A stretch of 62,940 nucleotides of DNA, filler included, from Octopus bimaculoides (taxonomy: Eukaryota), in the NCBI RefSeq assembly GCF_001194135.2. It is 4 parts of 4 records of this genome, joined end to end, with 100 filler letters (N's around TTAATTAATTAA, not from the genome) between each part and the next. Parts side by side here need not be neighbours in the genome. Positions count along the whole stretch, not along the records: positions 47,335 to 61,729 come from NC_068986.1; positions 61,830 to 62,940 come from NW_026427939.1; 2 more parts are not named here. One strand, written 5' to 3'. The notes under the pieces were generated by a model that saw nothing but the letters and a program-made list of their open reading frames with translations, was not told the origin of the DNA and ran no database searches. This document shows, piece after piece, positions 49,905 through 62,940 of this stretch. Each line of letters begins with the position of its first letter. Position 1 is the first letter of the stretch. The position numbers and the translations under genes were made by a program.

Positions 49905-50130
49905 TTCTCGAGCCAAAGGTTCATAAGGGCCGGTTTCCTAGATTCTCTGTCGTATCTATTCACCCCTGGATAAGACGCCAGTCCATCGTAGGATTGCTCA
50001 TTTTTGGCAGCTAAATGGAATGAAGCTATGTGAAATGTGTTTCGCTCGAGAATACAACGCATCGCCCAATCAATGAATCGAAATCACAATTTAACGATCA
50101 TGAGTGCAACACTAACTACTGCGCCACGTG
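49905..50130 (-). mobile_element. tRNA-derived SINE (tail shared with 51685-51780)
   Basis: Minus-strand tRNA-like head near 50130; gggccggtttcc...gacgccagtccatcg segment. Confidence 0.6.
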
Positions 50131-50135
50131 CTTCA

Positions 50136-50203
<68 letters not shown>

Positions 50204-50327
50204 AGATAAAGAGAGAGAGAGAAAGTGTGTGTGTGTGTGTGTGTGTGTATGTCTATGTGTATGTGTGTGACAGAGAGAGAGAGAGAAAGTGTGTGTGTGC
50301 GTATGTCTATGTGCGTGTGTGATAGAG

Positions 50328-50363
<36 letters not shown>

Positions 50364-50394
50364 AGACAAGCAAACAGACAAAGACAGGCAGACG

Positions 50395-50463
<69 letters not shown>

Positions 50464-50982
50464 GATGCTTAAGTGGCTTGAGTGATAGAATGAAAAGAGG
50501 CAGCAAATATTAGAGGAAAAGAGTTCGAGTAAAAGAAAAAACCAGCCAGAATGAGGAATGGTTAAAAAAGAGGAAAGAAAGAAAGAAATAGAACTGTGAT
50601 GAAGGCGCTTCAAGAGGACGTGAGGGAGAAGATGTAAGACGTGTGCCTTATGTGAAAGTGAAAGGCAAAAATAATGTGAGAGGAGAGAATGAGGATGAGA
50701 AAGAGAGAATGAGGATGAGAGAGAGAGAAAAGGAGAGAGAGAGAGAAAAGGAGAGAGAGAGAAAAGGAGAGAGAGTGAGGGAGTTTGTGTGTCACAGAGA
50801 TTTATATCCAGATAATTAGCCACAAGAAACAAAAGCAGACGACAGTGATTTAGACATCAGGGTACAGCTAACTACGTGAATCATCTCACCTCTCACAAAC
50901 AGTTTCCATTCCTCTTCTCTCTCCCATTCTATCTCTCTTTGTCTGTCTGTCTCTTTGTCCGTCTGTCTCTCTCACACACACA

Positions 50983-51026
<44 letters not shown>

Positions 51027-51684
51027 NNNNNNNNNNNNNNNNNNNNNNNNNNNNNNNNNNNNNNNNNNNNNNNNNNNNNNNNNNNNNNNNNNNNNNNNNN
51101 NNNNNNNNNNNNNNNNNNNNNNNNNNNNNNNNNNNNNNNNNNNNNNNNNNNNNNNNNNNNNNNNNNNNNNNNNNNNNNNNNNNNNNNNNNNNNNNNNNNN
51201 NNNNNNNNNNNNNNNNNNNNNNNNNNNNNNNNNNNNNNNNNNNNNNNNNNNNNNNNNNNNNNNNNNNNNNNNNNNNNNNNNNNNNNNNNNNNNNNNNNNN
51301 NNNNNNNNNNNNNNNNNNNNNNNNNNNNNNNNNNNNNNNNNNNNNNNNNNNNNNNNNNNNNNNNNNNNNNNNNNNNNNNNNNNNNNNNNNNNNNNNNNNN
51401 NNNNNNNNNNNNNNNNNNNNNNNNNNNNNNNNNNNNNNNNNNNNNNNNNNNNNNNNNNNNNNNNNNNNNNNNNNNNNNNNNNNNNNNNNNNNNNNNNNNN
51501 NNNNNNNNNNNNNNNNNNNNNNNNNNNNNNNNNNNNNNNNNNNNNNNNNNNNNNNNNNNNNNNNNNNNNNNNNNNNNNNNNNNNNNNNNNNNNNNNNNNN
51601 NNNNNNNNNNNNNNNNNNNNNNNNNNNNNNNNNNNNNNNNNNNNNNNNNNNATATATAATTTTTTATTTATGCGCTTTTTAAAG

Positions 51685-51973
51685 CCTACCCAGGTTCATG
51701 GGCCCGGTTTCCCGGTTTCTATAGCGTATGTGTTCTCCACCAGTTGGACGGGACGCCGGTCTATCGCAGCGTTACTCAAGAAATAGGAAGAAAGAGTGAG
51801 AGAAAGTTGGGGCGAAAGAGTACAACGGGGGTAACCACCACCCTCTACCGGAGCTTCGTGGAGCTTTAGGTGTCTTCGCTCAATAAACACACACAGCAAC
51901 CGGTCTGGGAATCGAAAGCTCGATCCTCCGACCGCAAGTCCACTGCACTAACCACTGGGTCATTGCGCCTCCA
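51685..51973 (-). mobile_element. SINE family C head with an alternative tail
   Basis: Head as 48812-49115, switching at ~51780 to the 49905-type tail. Confidence 0.75.
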
Positions 51974-52164
51974 CATATGTATAGATATATATATATTTAC
52001 AGAGAGAGAGAGAGTGTGTGATGTATGTATGTATGTATGTATGTATGATCGACTTTCTGAAACACGTATAAATTGAGTATGCGCGCGCGTGTGTGTGTCT
52101 CTGTGTATGTAAAATACAGCCTCGATGAGAAAAACTGAAATTAAATTCTAATATTACAAAGTCT

Positions 52165-52490
52165 GATGACGGTGAGCTAGCAGAAACGTTAGCTCACCGA
52201 GCAAAATGCTTAGCGACGTTTCGTCTGTCTTCACATTCTGAGTACAAATTCTGCCGGGGTCGACTTTACCTTTCATGCTCTCGCGGTCGATTAAATAAGT
52301 ACTCACTAGAGTAGATGTAATCGAGTCACCCCCATCCACCTTCTAATTTACTATAGGTCTTGTACAAAAGAATATTACAAAGTCTGAGAGATGGCCAGCT
52401 GGCAGAATCGTTAGCAAGGCGGCGATGTGCATAGTACGTTCTGAGTTCAAACTCCATTCAGGCTGACTTTACCTTTCTTCTTTTTCCCCT
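52165..52490 (+). mobile_element. Two SINE family B copies
   Basis: gagctagcagaaacgttagc and gctggcagaatcgttagc heads. Confidence 0.75.
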
Positions 52491-53176
52491 CCTGTTAGTT
52501 CTTTATAATAATAATAATAATAGAGTAACTGTCATCCCAGTAGTTGTTGGGGCACTAGGAGCAAATTGAATATAACTTTAGGCATTTAATACAAAAATTC
52601 TAATTTTCAAACCTACGTTCCAAACTTTTGGCCACGTCTGTAAATGAAATAAATATATGATTATAGAAAAACAGAATTAAAACAAGATGTAATTTAAAGG
52701 ATGAAACTCATTGCGTAACTCTGTCTCACACATACACAAGTGAGGACCCATCAGGGTTGTTAGATCAGAGTATCCCACGACTCCATTCGACTTTCACTCA
52801 TTATACCCAAAACAAGTGCAATAGAAGGCGCACATGAGTAGATTTTGTGTTGGCCATGCGGAAAAGAAACCAACAATTTCTGGGTGTTTTATATTTTATA
52901 ATATGGTAAATCTCAAATGTAGTTGGCCTTCATCAGCATTACATTCCACCATTTGCTTGTCTCCTGTATAACAGCTACAAATCCTCCACGTTACCATTAA
53001 TTTTGTTGGAGGTCAGATGAGATCTCTATGACACATTGCTCGTTCTCAATGCCCTGAAGTTCATGTTATTCTGCGAAGTGAGTTATTCATAGTATCATTT
53101 AAAATACCTTTTGCTTTCTCCTATTGACGATTTTACGGAGTTTTTTCTGTTTTTCTTTCTCTCTACGTGGCTTAGT

Positions 53177-53885
53177 GTGGAGGAGCAATGGCCCAGTGGT
53201 TAGGACAGCGGACTCGCGGTCATAGAATCGCGGTTTCGATTCCCAGACCGGGTGTTGTGAGTGTTTATTGAACGAAAACACCTAAAGCTCCACGAGGCTC
53301 CGGCAGGGGATGGTGGCGAACCCTGCTGTACTCTTTCACCACAACTGTCTCTCACTCTTACTTCCTGTTTTTGTTGTGCCTGTAATTCAAAGGGCTAGCC
53401 TTGTCACACTGTGTCACGCTGAATACCCCTGAGAGCTACGTTGAGGGTACACGTGTCTGTGGAGTGTTCAGCCACTTGCACGTTAATTTCACGAGTTGGC
53501 TGTTCCGTTGATAGGATCAACTGGAACCCTCGACGTCGTAAGCGACGGAGTGCCAACAAAAAAAAAAACATCGCTTAGTGATTAGGATATTCGGTTCACG
53601 ATGGTAAGGTCGTGAGTTCAATTCCCGGTGACGCGTTGAGTCCTTGAGCAAGACACTTTATTTCACATTGGTCCATTCCACTCGGCTGACAAAAAATGAG
53701 CAGTACCTGTATATCAAAGAGCCATCCTTGTCAAATTCTGCATCACGCTGAATCTCCCTGGGAACTACGATAAGGGTACATATATCTGTGGAGTGCTCAG
53801 CCTCTTGCACGTTAATTTCACGACCAGGCTGTTCCGTCAATGGGATCAACTTGGAACCCTCGTCGTCATAACCAGCAGAGTGCCA
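53177..53885 (+). mobile_element. Tandem SINEs: family C (53177-53560) and an alternative-head copy (53570-53885) sharing one tail
   Basis: Shared 3' block gctgaat...aagggtacac...ggaaccctcg..gtcgt...gagtgcca. Confidence 0.85.
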
Positions 53886-54363
53886 GTTTTACCCTTTTTT
53901 TTGGCTCTGCAGCGGTGTACCATTTGTCTTATATAACGTCGATACTTCTCCCCAATGTCACGAGTCGATGAGGAGTTACTGCTGGGAGTGGTGCTTTGAC
54001 ATTGTTTGCTTCTGAAGAAGAGAACGTGGTAATCTTCTTCACCATTTCCAGGACATCAGCAGACCGTCGCTCACCACTCTCTCTCTCTATCTATCTATCT
54101 ATCTATTTATCTATCTAGCTATCTAGCTAGCTATCTCCCTTTCTCCCTCTCTTTCTCTCACTTTCACCTTCATTCCAATTTCTCTGGAGAGAAAGCCGTC
54201 AAGTGTATCTTTCTACCACAATTATAACTGTTGGACATTATGCCTTTCATCACTAGTATCTCGTTTCAGTTTCGCGCTCAAAACAGAACAAAACGTTGGA
54301 ATAGTCCTGTACTTTTAAGGATACATAAGGACTTATGAACTCATGCAAACCTGAATTTAAATT

Positions 54364-54668
54364 CACTTTCTCCTCGACTTACGACCTATGCGACTTACGA
54401 CCATCCACACTTACGACCATCCACACTTACGACCACAAAAAATAAGGAAATTAAAAAATAAATCAATAAATCGATTGTCAGACGTTGGGCAGTTACGCGT
54501 ACGATAACTATGGCAGCATCTGGCAACGCAGGCCACCCTCAGACCCAGACATCCTCTCAATCGCTTTCAAGCATCAGTTGTGTTTGAATGAAAAACATAG
54601 TGCTGAAAAATATAGATCCGACATACGACCTCTCAGTCGGAACGGAACTCGGTCGTAAGTCGAGAAGT

Positions 54669-54672
<4 letters not shown>
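54364..54672. mobile_element. Tc1/pogo-type MITE
   Basis: TIRs ctcgacttacgacc / ggtcgtaagtcgag; subterminal acttacgacc repeats; ends in (TA)n. Confidence 0.8.
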
Positions 54673-54708
<36 letters not shown>

Positions 54709-54890
54709 TTTATGTTGGCCAAAATTGAGGTGTAAACCTTCTTCCAAGTGGTCGACTTGAAAAATTGTTAAGACACTAGGATATTTTCCTACTTTTCTTA
54801 AAAAAAACCAATGGTAGCCTTAATTCACAAACAAAAAAATTGTATCCACCCATGCGGTGTTGAGCACTCATTTTCGTCGTTCGACATATA

Positions 54891-54938
<48 letters not shown>

Positions 54939-56244
54939 CATAATTANNNNNNNNNNNNNNNNNNNNNNNNNNNNNNNNNNNNNNNNNNNNNNNNNNNNNN
55001 NNNNNNNNNNNNNNNNNNNNNNNNNNNNNNNNNNNNNNNNNNNNNNNNNNNNNNNNNNNNNNNNNNNNNNNNNNNNNNNNNNNNNNNNNNNNNNNNNNNN
55101 NNNNNNNNNNNNNNNNNNNNNNNNNNNNNNNNNNNNNNNNNNNNNNNNNNNNNNNNNNNNNNNNNNNNNNNNNNNNNNNNNNNNNNNNNNNNNNNNNNNN
55201 NNNNNNNNNNNNNNNNNNNNNNNNNNNNNNNNNNNNNNNNNNNNNNNNNNNNNNNNNNNNNNNNNNNNNNNNNNNNNNNNNNNNNNNNNNNNNNNNNNNN
55301 NNNNNNNNNNNNNNNNNNNNNNNNNNNNNNNNNNNNNNNNNNNNNNNNNNNNNNNNNNNNNNNNNNNNNNNNNNNNNNNNNNNNNNNNNNNNNNNNNNNN
55401 NNNNNNNNNNNNNNNNNNNNNNNNNNNNNNNNNNNNNNNNNNNNNNNNNNNNNNNNNNNNNNNNNNNNNNNNNNNNNNNNNNNNNNNATATATATATATA
55501 TATACGCTCGCTCGCGTGTGTATGTATTCAAATACAAAATGGAAACCAGCGCTGGTGCAATAAATACTTTTGACCACTTATACATAATGTATATACCCCG
55601 TGTATTTGCCGGTGGGCGCTTGGTGTTATAACACCTGAAAATTATGGACAGGTGAGACAACTCACACCAAATCCCATTCAGAAATGATGGCCGATAATGT
55701 CTATGTGTGTGTGTGTGTGTTCGTGTGCAAATACATGCAAATCTGTAAATGATGTATGTATATTTACATATTCATGCATACGCATATATAAGTATACATA
55801 TACAAACACATCTACATTAATGTATTCTCATACATACACAGGCACATATACACACACGCACACACACTCACACATACGCACGCATGCGCACATCACATTA
55901 TTGTGTAAATATTGAGGCAAACCATTTAAGAAGCAGCTGTTACAAATCTTATCTGATGTTTCAACAGTAACAACGACGACGATAACAACAACAGCAGCAG
56001 CCACAATAACGATACTAGCAACCAGAACAACACGAATACCATCACCAACACATTGAAGGTGGCACTCCGTCGCTTGCGACGACGAGGGAATCAGCATGCA
56101 TTTCTCACCGTGTAGAACAAACAGCAGATATATCGCAGCAGTCGAGACTTTACCGAGAATTTACTCTCCTCTGTTCAGAAATCACAGTTGGCACGATACT
56201 AAATCATAGAAAGAAGAAATACCAGTTATTATTGGCGTCATTAT

Positions 56245-56450
56245 AGGCGGCAGCTGGTAGAATCGTTATCGCATGGGAGAAAATGCTTAGCGACATTTAT
56301 TCCGACTTTAACATTCTGAATTCAAATACTAACCTTGCCTTTGGTCATTTCGAGGTCGAAAAAAATAAGAACTATTTGAGCACTTGGATCGCTGTAATCG
56401 ACTTGTCCCCTCCCCACGAACTTTCTGGCCCAGTGCAAAAATTTGAAACA
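56245..56450 (+). mobile_element. SINE family B
   Basis: ggcggcagctggtagaatcgtta head; another copy at ~56905-57055 (minus strand). Confidence 0.75.
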
Positions 56451-57839
56451 AATACTGGCGCTTTGAAAAACGTGTTATTCATAATTTCGCTACGCACAAG
56501 TATGATGCATTCAAATAAAGTTCGTAAGTGCTTTCTATATATTTTCTAATTTTTAACTTTAAAATATAGTTTAAAATTTGTATGAAATGAGTCAAATATG
56601 TTTTTTTTCTTTGTTGTTTTTTGTTTTGTTGCGTTTTTTTTTTTATATATAATTTGATCCCCTGAACGCTATGTTATAAAAAAAAAAATTGAAAGCCACT
56701 GTTTTGAATAATTCGCATCACGATTATTTCTGCTCATAGACTTGCTTGACCAGGGGCTGGTCTGAAACTAAACAACATTAGCAAGCACCAGCAACAACAA
56801 TATCATCATCATCATCATCATCATCTCTAACATTATCCGTCATCATTATTTCTGGAATATAAATAATTTCTTTATTCACAAGATCATTATCTTTTAAGGG
56901 AAATGTTAATACTTAACTGGTATCGAATTTTATCGATTTTAAGGATTAAAAACAAAGATGACGTTGGATGGGATTTGAACTGAAACCGTAGAGCCCCGGA
57001 AGAAATACCGATAAGAATTTGTTGGGCGCTCTAATGATTTTGCCAGCTCACTGCCTTTATCTGTGGTATAACTAGTGGGGAGGACAAAAATGTGTGGTAG
57101 ACAAACAAGTTCTATAAATGAAGAGAGGTAAAAAGACATTGAGCAACATCTATGGGACGAGTTAGTGATAATAAAACGTTATCAGAGAAATCGTTAACGA
57201 AGAGATTACAATTCCAATCGACATACATAGAGGAAGAACAAAAAACAATTCTGTTCCTCTTCTGTCTATCCATCCATTTGTCCGGGTACTAAAAAAGAAT
57301 CTTTCTTCCTAAAAAGTACCGTGAATAATTTCAGTGTCATATGCGATGAAAGAAAAGCTAGTAGTGCCAGTAGAGTGCTCCTTCAAATACAGTTGCTGTA
57401 TGCATGACTGCCACTCCTATGTGGGCCTTTACAACTACAGCAAACGCTGCACCACCATCAACAGATGACACAATTTCTAAGGACACAGATCCATGGTCTC
57501 CCGAGAGCGACAGATGTCTACTATTCACCTTATGTCCTCTCCAAGTTGTAAGTCATCTGTAAGTTATCTAGCTCGTTCATTAGCCGTTCTCTTCCTGAAA
57601 CCACAGTGGTGTTATGGGATTGCATCATGAACTTTTCATTGCTGTCCACTGAAGTTCATTTTTCTGTTTATTTATTTTTTTATTTTTTATTTTTTTTATC
57701 TTTGTTACTTCAACAATTTGACCTTTTTTCTCTTCTTCTATCTCCTTCTCCTTATCATCATCATATGTCATGGTGTAGTGCTATTCGGAGAATGTGAAAG
57801 AATAATAATCAAGTACATGCTAATTTCATTATCAAGAAT

Positions 57840-58864
57840 TTATTCTTGAGATTTGGTGAAAACAAGTCTCATCAAATCTCAAGAATATTTCTTAAATTTC
57901 ATGCAGAATATAGGATCGTACTTTTCTGCGGGTCGACAGAAAAGTACCATCCTATTTCAGTCTTTTAAGTAGCATTTTGGGGTGTTGTGCCAAATGCACC
58001 AATTATCTCAGGAATAATTGTTGTCTTACTCTTTCAGTCTCTTCAGCTTTCTGGATAGATCCTGATATTTATCAATTTCTTTCTTATTCACTCTATTATT
58101 ATAGAGATTTACGAAGTAGGTATCTTCTAGAATCATGTCTGGTCTTCTTGCTTCAATAGTACGGTCAGTTTTTATGGTGAAGTTCATTTTCTATCACAGC
58201 CTCTAGTTCGTGTTCATACCACATTTCTGTTATTTTGAAACCACACACTCGACTAGCATCTCATTACACTCCTTCACCTACACAGTCATGTCTGTGCTTA
58301 TACACTATTTTGTGATAGTATACTGCACTCACTCAAAATATGATTGATACTTTCGTCTCCTTTCCTGCAGATTCTACTTTTGCTGTCTAACTGAGTTATG
58401 TCGATTTTTGCCTTTATCAGATTTGTTCTAATGGTTTGTTCCTGAGCGGCTTTAATTAATGTTTCGGTCTCTCGTTTCAGGTTCCTGTTCATCAGTCAGA
58501 GCCAGTGATCTTTACATTCAACATTCTCGGTTTGTTGCAAGAACTGGCCATGTAATTCCATTTCTTTCCATTTGCTTGTTCTATTGTTCTTCCTTCTCTC
58601 TTTAAATTCTTCTATATTCCGCTCACTTGTTGGGCACCTCTAGCGGCCGATAGTATTCTTTATTTACTCGTATAATTTTTTAATCACAATAGGCGCAGGA
58701 GTGGCTGTGTGGTAAGTAGCTTGCTTACCAACCACATGGTTCCGGGTTCAGTCCCACTGCGTGACACCTTGGGCAAGTGTCTTCTACTATAGCCTCGGGC
58801 CGACCAAAGCCTTGTGAGTGGATTTGGTAGACGGAAACTGAAAGAAGCCCGTCGTATATATATG

Positions 58865-58903
<39 letters not shown>

Positions 58904-59985
58904 TTGTGTGTCTGTGTTTGTCCTCCTAGCATTGCTTGACAACCGATGCTGGTGTGTGTATGTCCCCGTCATTTAGCGGTTCGGCAAAAAGAGAACGATA
59001 GAATAAGTACTAGGCTTACAAAGAATAAGTCCCGGGGTCGATTTGCTCGATTAAAGGTGGTGCTCCAGCATGGCCGCAGTCAAATGACTGAAACAAGTAA
59101 AAGAGTATATCGCAGAACAAACGATGTCTTCTGCATTTGGTAATCCTCTGCCTCCTTTCTTTCTCTGTAGGTTAAATCTGTTGGTATTACTTTTATGGTG
59201 GTGTGCGTTGTTTATTGTCTACCTTCTACCCAGGTTCTGTAGCTCAGGCTTAGTCCAGAATAGGAGCAGAGTATCTCAATACGGACATAGCCCATGTATT
59301 TGTTGCTTTAATGGTATTCCCTCCATTTGATTGTGTTTCGAGCACCTTCCCAATCCTCCTTTGTACTCTTTAGAGATTTTCTAATTCATTTCTCCTGCCA
59401 TTATCTTATCCTCTTGCAGCACTCCTAGATATTTGTATCCCACATTATTCCACAACGATTTAATGTTGTTGTCTCGTAATAATTTTATGCCATCAGAGTT
59501 TATCTTCTGGTCTCTCTTCATAATTAGCACTGAAAACTTACTCCAAAACTGATTCCACTAATTTGACTGAATACCTCTACTGTTTGGATCAAAGAACCCA
59601 GCTCCTTCTCATTTTTTTGTATATAGATTGATTATATATTTTCACCTTGAATTTGGTAAACTCATAGGTAGGCTTTTTCTCAATATATTTGTCAGAGGGA
59701 TTAACGCAATGACGAAGAGTAGTATAAAGAGCGAGTGTCCCTAGATAATATCCCTGAGTATTTTCACGTTTCCTAGCGATTCCTTTACAAACACCAGTTC
59801 TACTTACCACACTCTCATTGTCTTTTTCCATAAAGCTGTTTATCTTCTCATTGACTCTAAGCGTCCTTAGACATTCCAAGAGCCAGCTGTGTGGAACATT
59901 GTCGTAAGCTTTCCTGTAATCTATCCATCTAACTGCTAAATTTTTTTTTTCTCACTCGTACTGTCTATATATAGCAGAGCAGCAG
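57840..59985 (-). mobile_element. R4/Dong-clade LINE, 5'-truncated, split by SINE A (58690-59105)
   Basis: LLYID...KKNLAVRWIDYRKAYDNVPHSW, YKYLG, NGGNTIKATNTWAMSVLRYSAPILD, AAQEQTIRTN, CRKGDESINHILSEC; 5' end abuts (AAT)n, consistent with Dong targeting of TAA repeats. Confidence 0.9.
58690..59105 (+). mobile_element. SINE family A, full length, CpG-rich
   Basis: Best-preserved copy, used as reference for the family. Confidence 0.95.

Positions 59986-59986
<1 letters not shown>

Positions 59987-60046
<60 letters not shown>
59987..60046. repeat. (ATT)n microsatellite
   Basis: Direct reading. Confidence 0.95.
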
Positions 60047-60047
<1 letters not shown>

Positions 60048-60159
60048 TCAAAGATAAAGATAAACGAGAACTAGTTCCTTTCTTATTCGAATAAATTTGT
60101 AATACTAAAAGTCTCGGAGGAAAAATATGCAACTGTTTCAAAAATTATATACATCTTGG

Positions 60160-60199
<40 letters not shown>

Positions 60200-60854
60200 C
60201 TCGACATGTCACTATCTGTAGCATTTGCAAACTGTCCATGTTTTCACAAAAGCAACTTCATTTCCATCGCAAACAAATTAATAACACCCATTATAATAAT
60301 TTACATGGAATAATTCATCTTGATTTAAATCTTCGTCTGTCTCAGTCTTCATCATTTCATTTGACGCCATCAAAATGTAATGTTATATGGAGACGTAATT
60401 TGAGATGTGTCATTTGAAGTAAATATGGCAATTTTTGAAGCTCTACAGTATTTTTATTATATAAAACTATGCTGGATATTTCGTTTTTGCATAGCTTTTC
60501 TGTAAGCTATTGTTTCTGTCAATGTCATCATCGTTGTTATTTCGTCCCAGTGTCAAATCTGGTTAAACAGATATACCGATCAATGAACGTTCCTTTTATA
60601 ACCAGCACATATTTTTCAGAGATATAGTGTATTAATTACTCTTTGTCGCTTACTTGTTTCAGTCGTTGGGCTGTGGCCATGCTGAAGCACCGCTTTGGAA
60701 GGTCTTCTTTTTTTTTTGAGTTTGGTACTTATTCTATCGGTCACTTTTGCTGAACCGCTAAGTTACAGAAACATAAACACACCAATACCAGTTGTCAAGC
60801 GGTGGTGAGGGACAAACAGAAACAAAAAGACACACACACACAAACACACATATA

Positions 60855-61250
60855 TTAGGTCGTCAGTATGAAATTTGTAGAAAAGAAAAAAGGTTTGCTA
60901 ATGTTTTATAAATACAAGGAATAGTTTTATTCATCAAATTATGCACCCATATTGTCAATACACTTTTGTCATTTCAGCAGTAGCTTGTCCAGCCCGGAAC
61001 GGTAAAAGCCTGGCAATCTAGAGTAAATAAAATCTTGGAAAGCCTGATTTACAGCATCATCGGAATTAAATTTTTTCTTATCAAAAAGTAATCCAAATTC
61101 TGGAAGAAGTGGTCGTCAGTGGGGGACAAGATCAGGTGAGTATGGTGGATGATGGAGAACTTCCAACTCCAACCCCTGTAGTTTCACCAATGTCATTTTC
61201 GTGATGTGTGGTCAGGCGTTGTCTTGCAATAAAATAGGAGTGGATCTGTT
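60855..61250 (-). mobile_element. mariner (DD34D-type) transposase C-terminal remnant
   Basis: Minus strand LQDNA.PHITK...LEVLHHPPYSPDL.PTDDHFFQNLDYFL...GFYRSGLDKL..KCID; tattaggtcg end. Confidence 0.85.
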
Positions 61251-61252
61251 GA

Positions 61253-61700
61253 CTAATCAAGGCTGATTTTTTTTTCTGGCGTGTGCCTATACCATCTTTT
61301 TTCTGTAGTTATTCCATAGTGTTGACATAGTTTCCAGTGTATATAGGCCCCAACTCTGTAGTGTCTGTGAATATATTCCTTCCTAGCCAAGACTGGGCAG
61401 CCAGAGACAATATGATTTATTGTTTCTTGTCCATCTCCACATATTCTACAGTTACTTGTTATGTTTCTTTTCATTATATGTTTTTGGTAATTTCTGGTGG
61501 GGAGGCTTTGGTCTTGTGCAGCAATTAAAAATCCTTCAGTCTCTGCTTTGAGTCCTGAGCTTCTCAACCATTGCTGGGATTTTTCTCTGTCTATTTCTTT
61601 TGCATTTAGTTTAGCCCAGTATTTTCCATGTAGGGGCTTTTCTTGCCATCGTTTTATCATGGTCCGTTGCTGTTCTAGTTTTAGTTTGGATTTCATGTTT
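61253..61700 (-). mobile_element. R4/Dong-clade LINE fragment (CCHC + RH region)
   Basis: WQEKPLHGKY...LKAETEGFLIAAQDQSLPTRNY...CRICGDGQETINHIVSGC...EYIHRH. Confidence 0.9.
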
Positions 61701-62335
61701 TATAGCTCTTCTTCTTCTTCTTCTTCTTCNNNNNNNNNNNNNNNNNNNNNNNNNNNNNNNNNNNNNNNNNNNNTTAATTAATTAANNNNNNNNNNNNNNN
61801 NNNNNNNNNNNNNNNNNNNNNNNNNNNNNTTTTCGTCGCTTTGAGACCGCGACCTGTTCACTGACAAAATTGTGCAGCATCTGAGATGTATGTACATACT
61901 TATATATATATGTATATGTATATACATATGCATATATGGGTACAGGACGTCCTAAAACGTAAACAAAAGGAAATACGAAAACATGGAATACGAAATTTTT
62001 TGCGAACAATTAAAGAAACAAATGGAAAACAAGGCAAGTAACATAAAGAACGACCTTTCATCAGTTGGTGGCCATTTTATCTACTCCACATTTCGAGTAA
62101 TTACAACAAGATGTGTCTTCGAGAAACAGTCGCTCCCACAAAGCAAAATATAATCTGGGATTTGCGGAGGGTCAAAGTTGGTAACATAAACAGGACAGTG
62201 AAAACAAATAGTAAGGGCTGCTAAGCCATAAACGAGGTGAGATGGCGAACGCTGGAGGAACAAGCTTTGGCAGGAGAAAAGATAGGAGAGGAGACAGACA
62301 AGAATGCGTGTGATCTGTGTGATATATATGTATGT

Positions 62336-62520
62336 AGGCGAAGGAGTGGCTGTATGGTAAGTAGCTTGCTTACCAACCGCATGGTTCCGGGTTCAGTCCC
62401 ACTGCGTGGCACCTTGGGCATGTGTCTTCTACTATGGCCCCGGGCCGACCAAAACCTTGTCAGTAGATTTGGTAGACGGAAACTGAAAGAAGCCTGTCGA
62501 ACACACACACATATATATGT
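62336..62520 (+). mobile_element. SINE family A, 5' half
   Basis: aggcgaaggagtggctgtatggtaagtagcttgc head. Confidence 0.85.
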
Positions 62521-62940
62521 ATAGAGAGAAAGTGATACATACAAAGTCATAGATTAAACTTTCCTCTCAGTATTTACCTATTTTTCATAACATTGTTACG
62601 TAAAAACACACACAACCACACATACGTGATCTGTGACAACAACATACACATTGCTCTCATTCTCTATTCATTTCTCCCCCTCTTCCTCTCTCGCTCTCTC
62701 AAACGCATACACGTGCAAGTAAACACAATCATTCACGTTCGTCAATGTGGCATAACTACAGAGTTGTACCCACCGACTTTGGAAGGTCATAACTTTCAGA
62801 AGAGTGAATATTTTTTAATGAAATTTTTTATGCATATATTATTTATTACGTAGATTCCGAATATACTAAAATTTTTGGTGAAAGTATTTCGGGAGAGGGG
62901 TGGGGGACAATTTTCGGAAATTCCACTTAAATTCCTCTTA

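Noticed and set aside
52850-52945. Minus-strand CTGATGA-A-GGCC...GGCC as a hammerhead
   Set aside because: No GAAA after stem II and no NUH/stem I match.
25960-59985. Two R4/Dong copies apparently truncated at the same point before WIDYRKAY
   Set aside because: The 57840-59985 copy extends ~60 nt further (LLYID), so the breakpoints differ.
15-62853. Most ORF-track entries (YIYI, HTHT, CVCV, IIII, NNNN, poly-X, F/L/S-rich)
   Set aside because: Translations of microsatellites, low-complexity tracts, N gaps or SINE antisense.

Overview
AT-rich, gap-ridden eukaryotic scaffold, not prokaryotic. The SINE families, Penelope-like, R4/Dong, RTE and mariner remnants and microsatellite load suggest a cephalopod, probably Octopus (inference). 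Nearly all ORFs in the supplied track are microsatellite or N-gap artefacts. Real content: (1) a near full-length but decayed Penelope-like retroelement (RT + GIY-YIG) at 507-4812 with hammerhead-bearing pLTRs and a 5' inverted segment; (2) four in-phase minus-strand exons (14423-14280, 7600-7474, 6196-6025, 5745-5565) of a host gene resembling the N-lobe of an APH/5-methylthioribose-kinase-like phosphotransferase; (3) at least eight minimal hammerhead ribozyme (HHR) motifs in six unrelated sequence contexts, all in the first 33 kb; (4) many SINEs, MITEs and LINE, mariner and Helitron fragments; (5) a U6 snRNA retrocopy joined at its 3' T-tract to a SINE 3' tail. The best candidate for an undescribed system is a short element, present twice (13536-13898, 30201-30642), made of a tRNA-type Pol III head, a triplet microsatellite and a Penelope-type hammerhead terminus with a Penelope-like 5' inversion, i.e. 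a putative SINE mobilised by Penelope-like elements. All calls were made by eye; no database search was run, and repeat boundaries are approximate.
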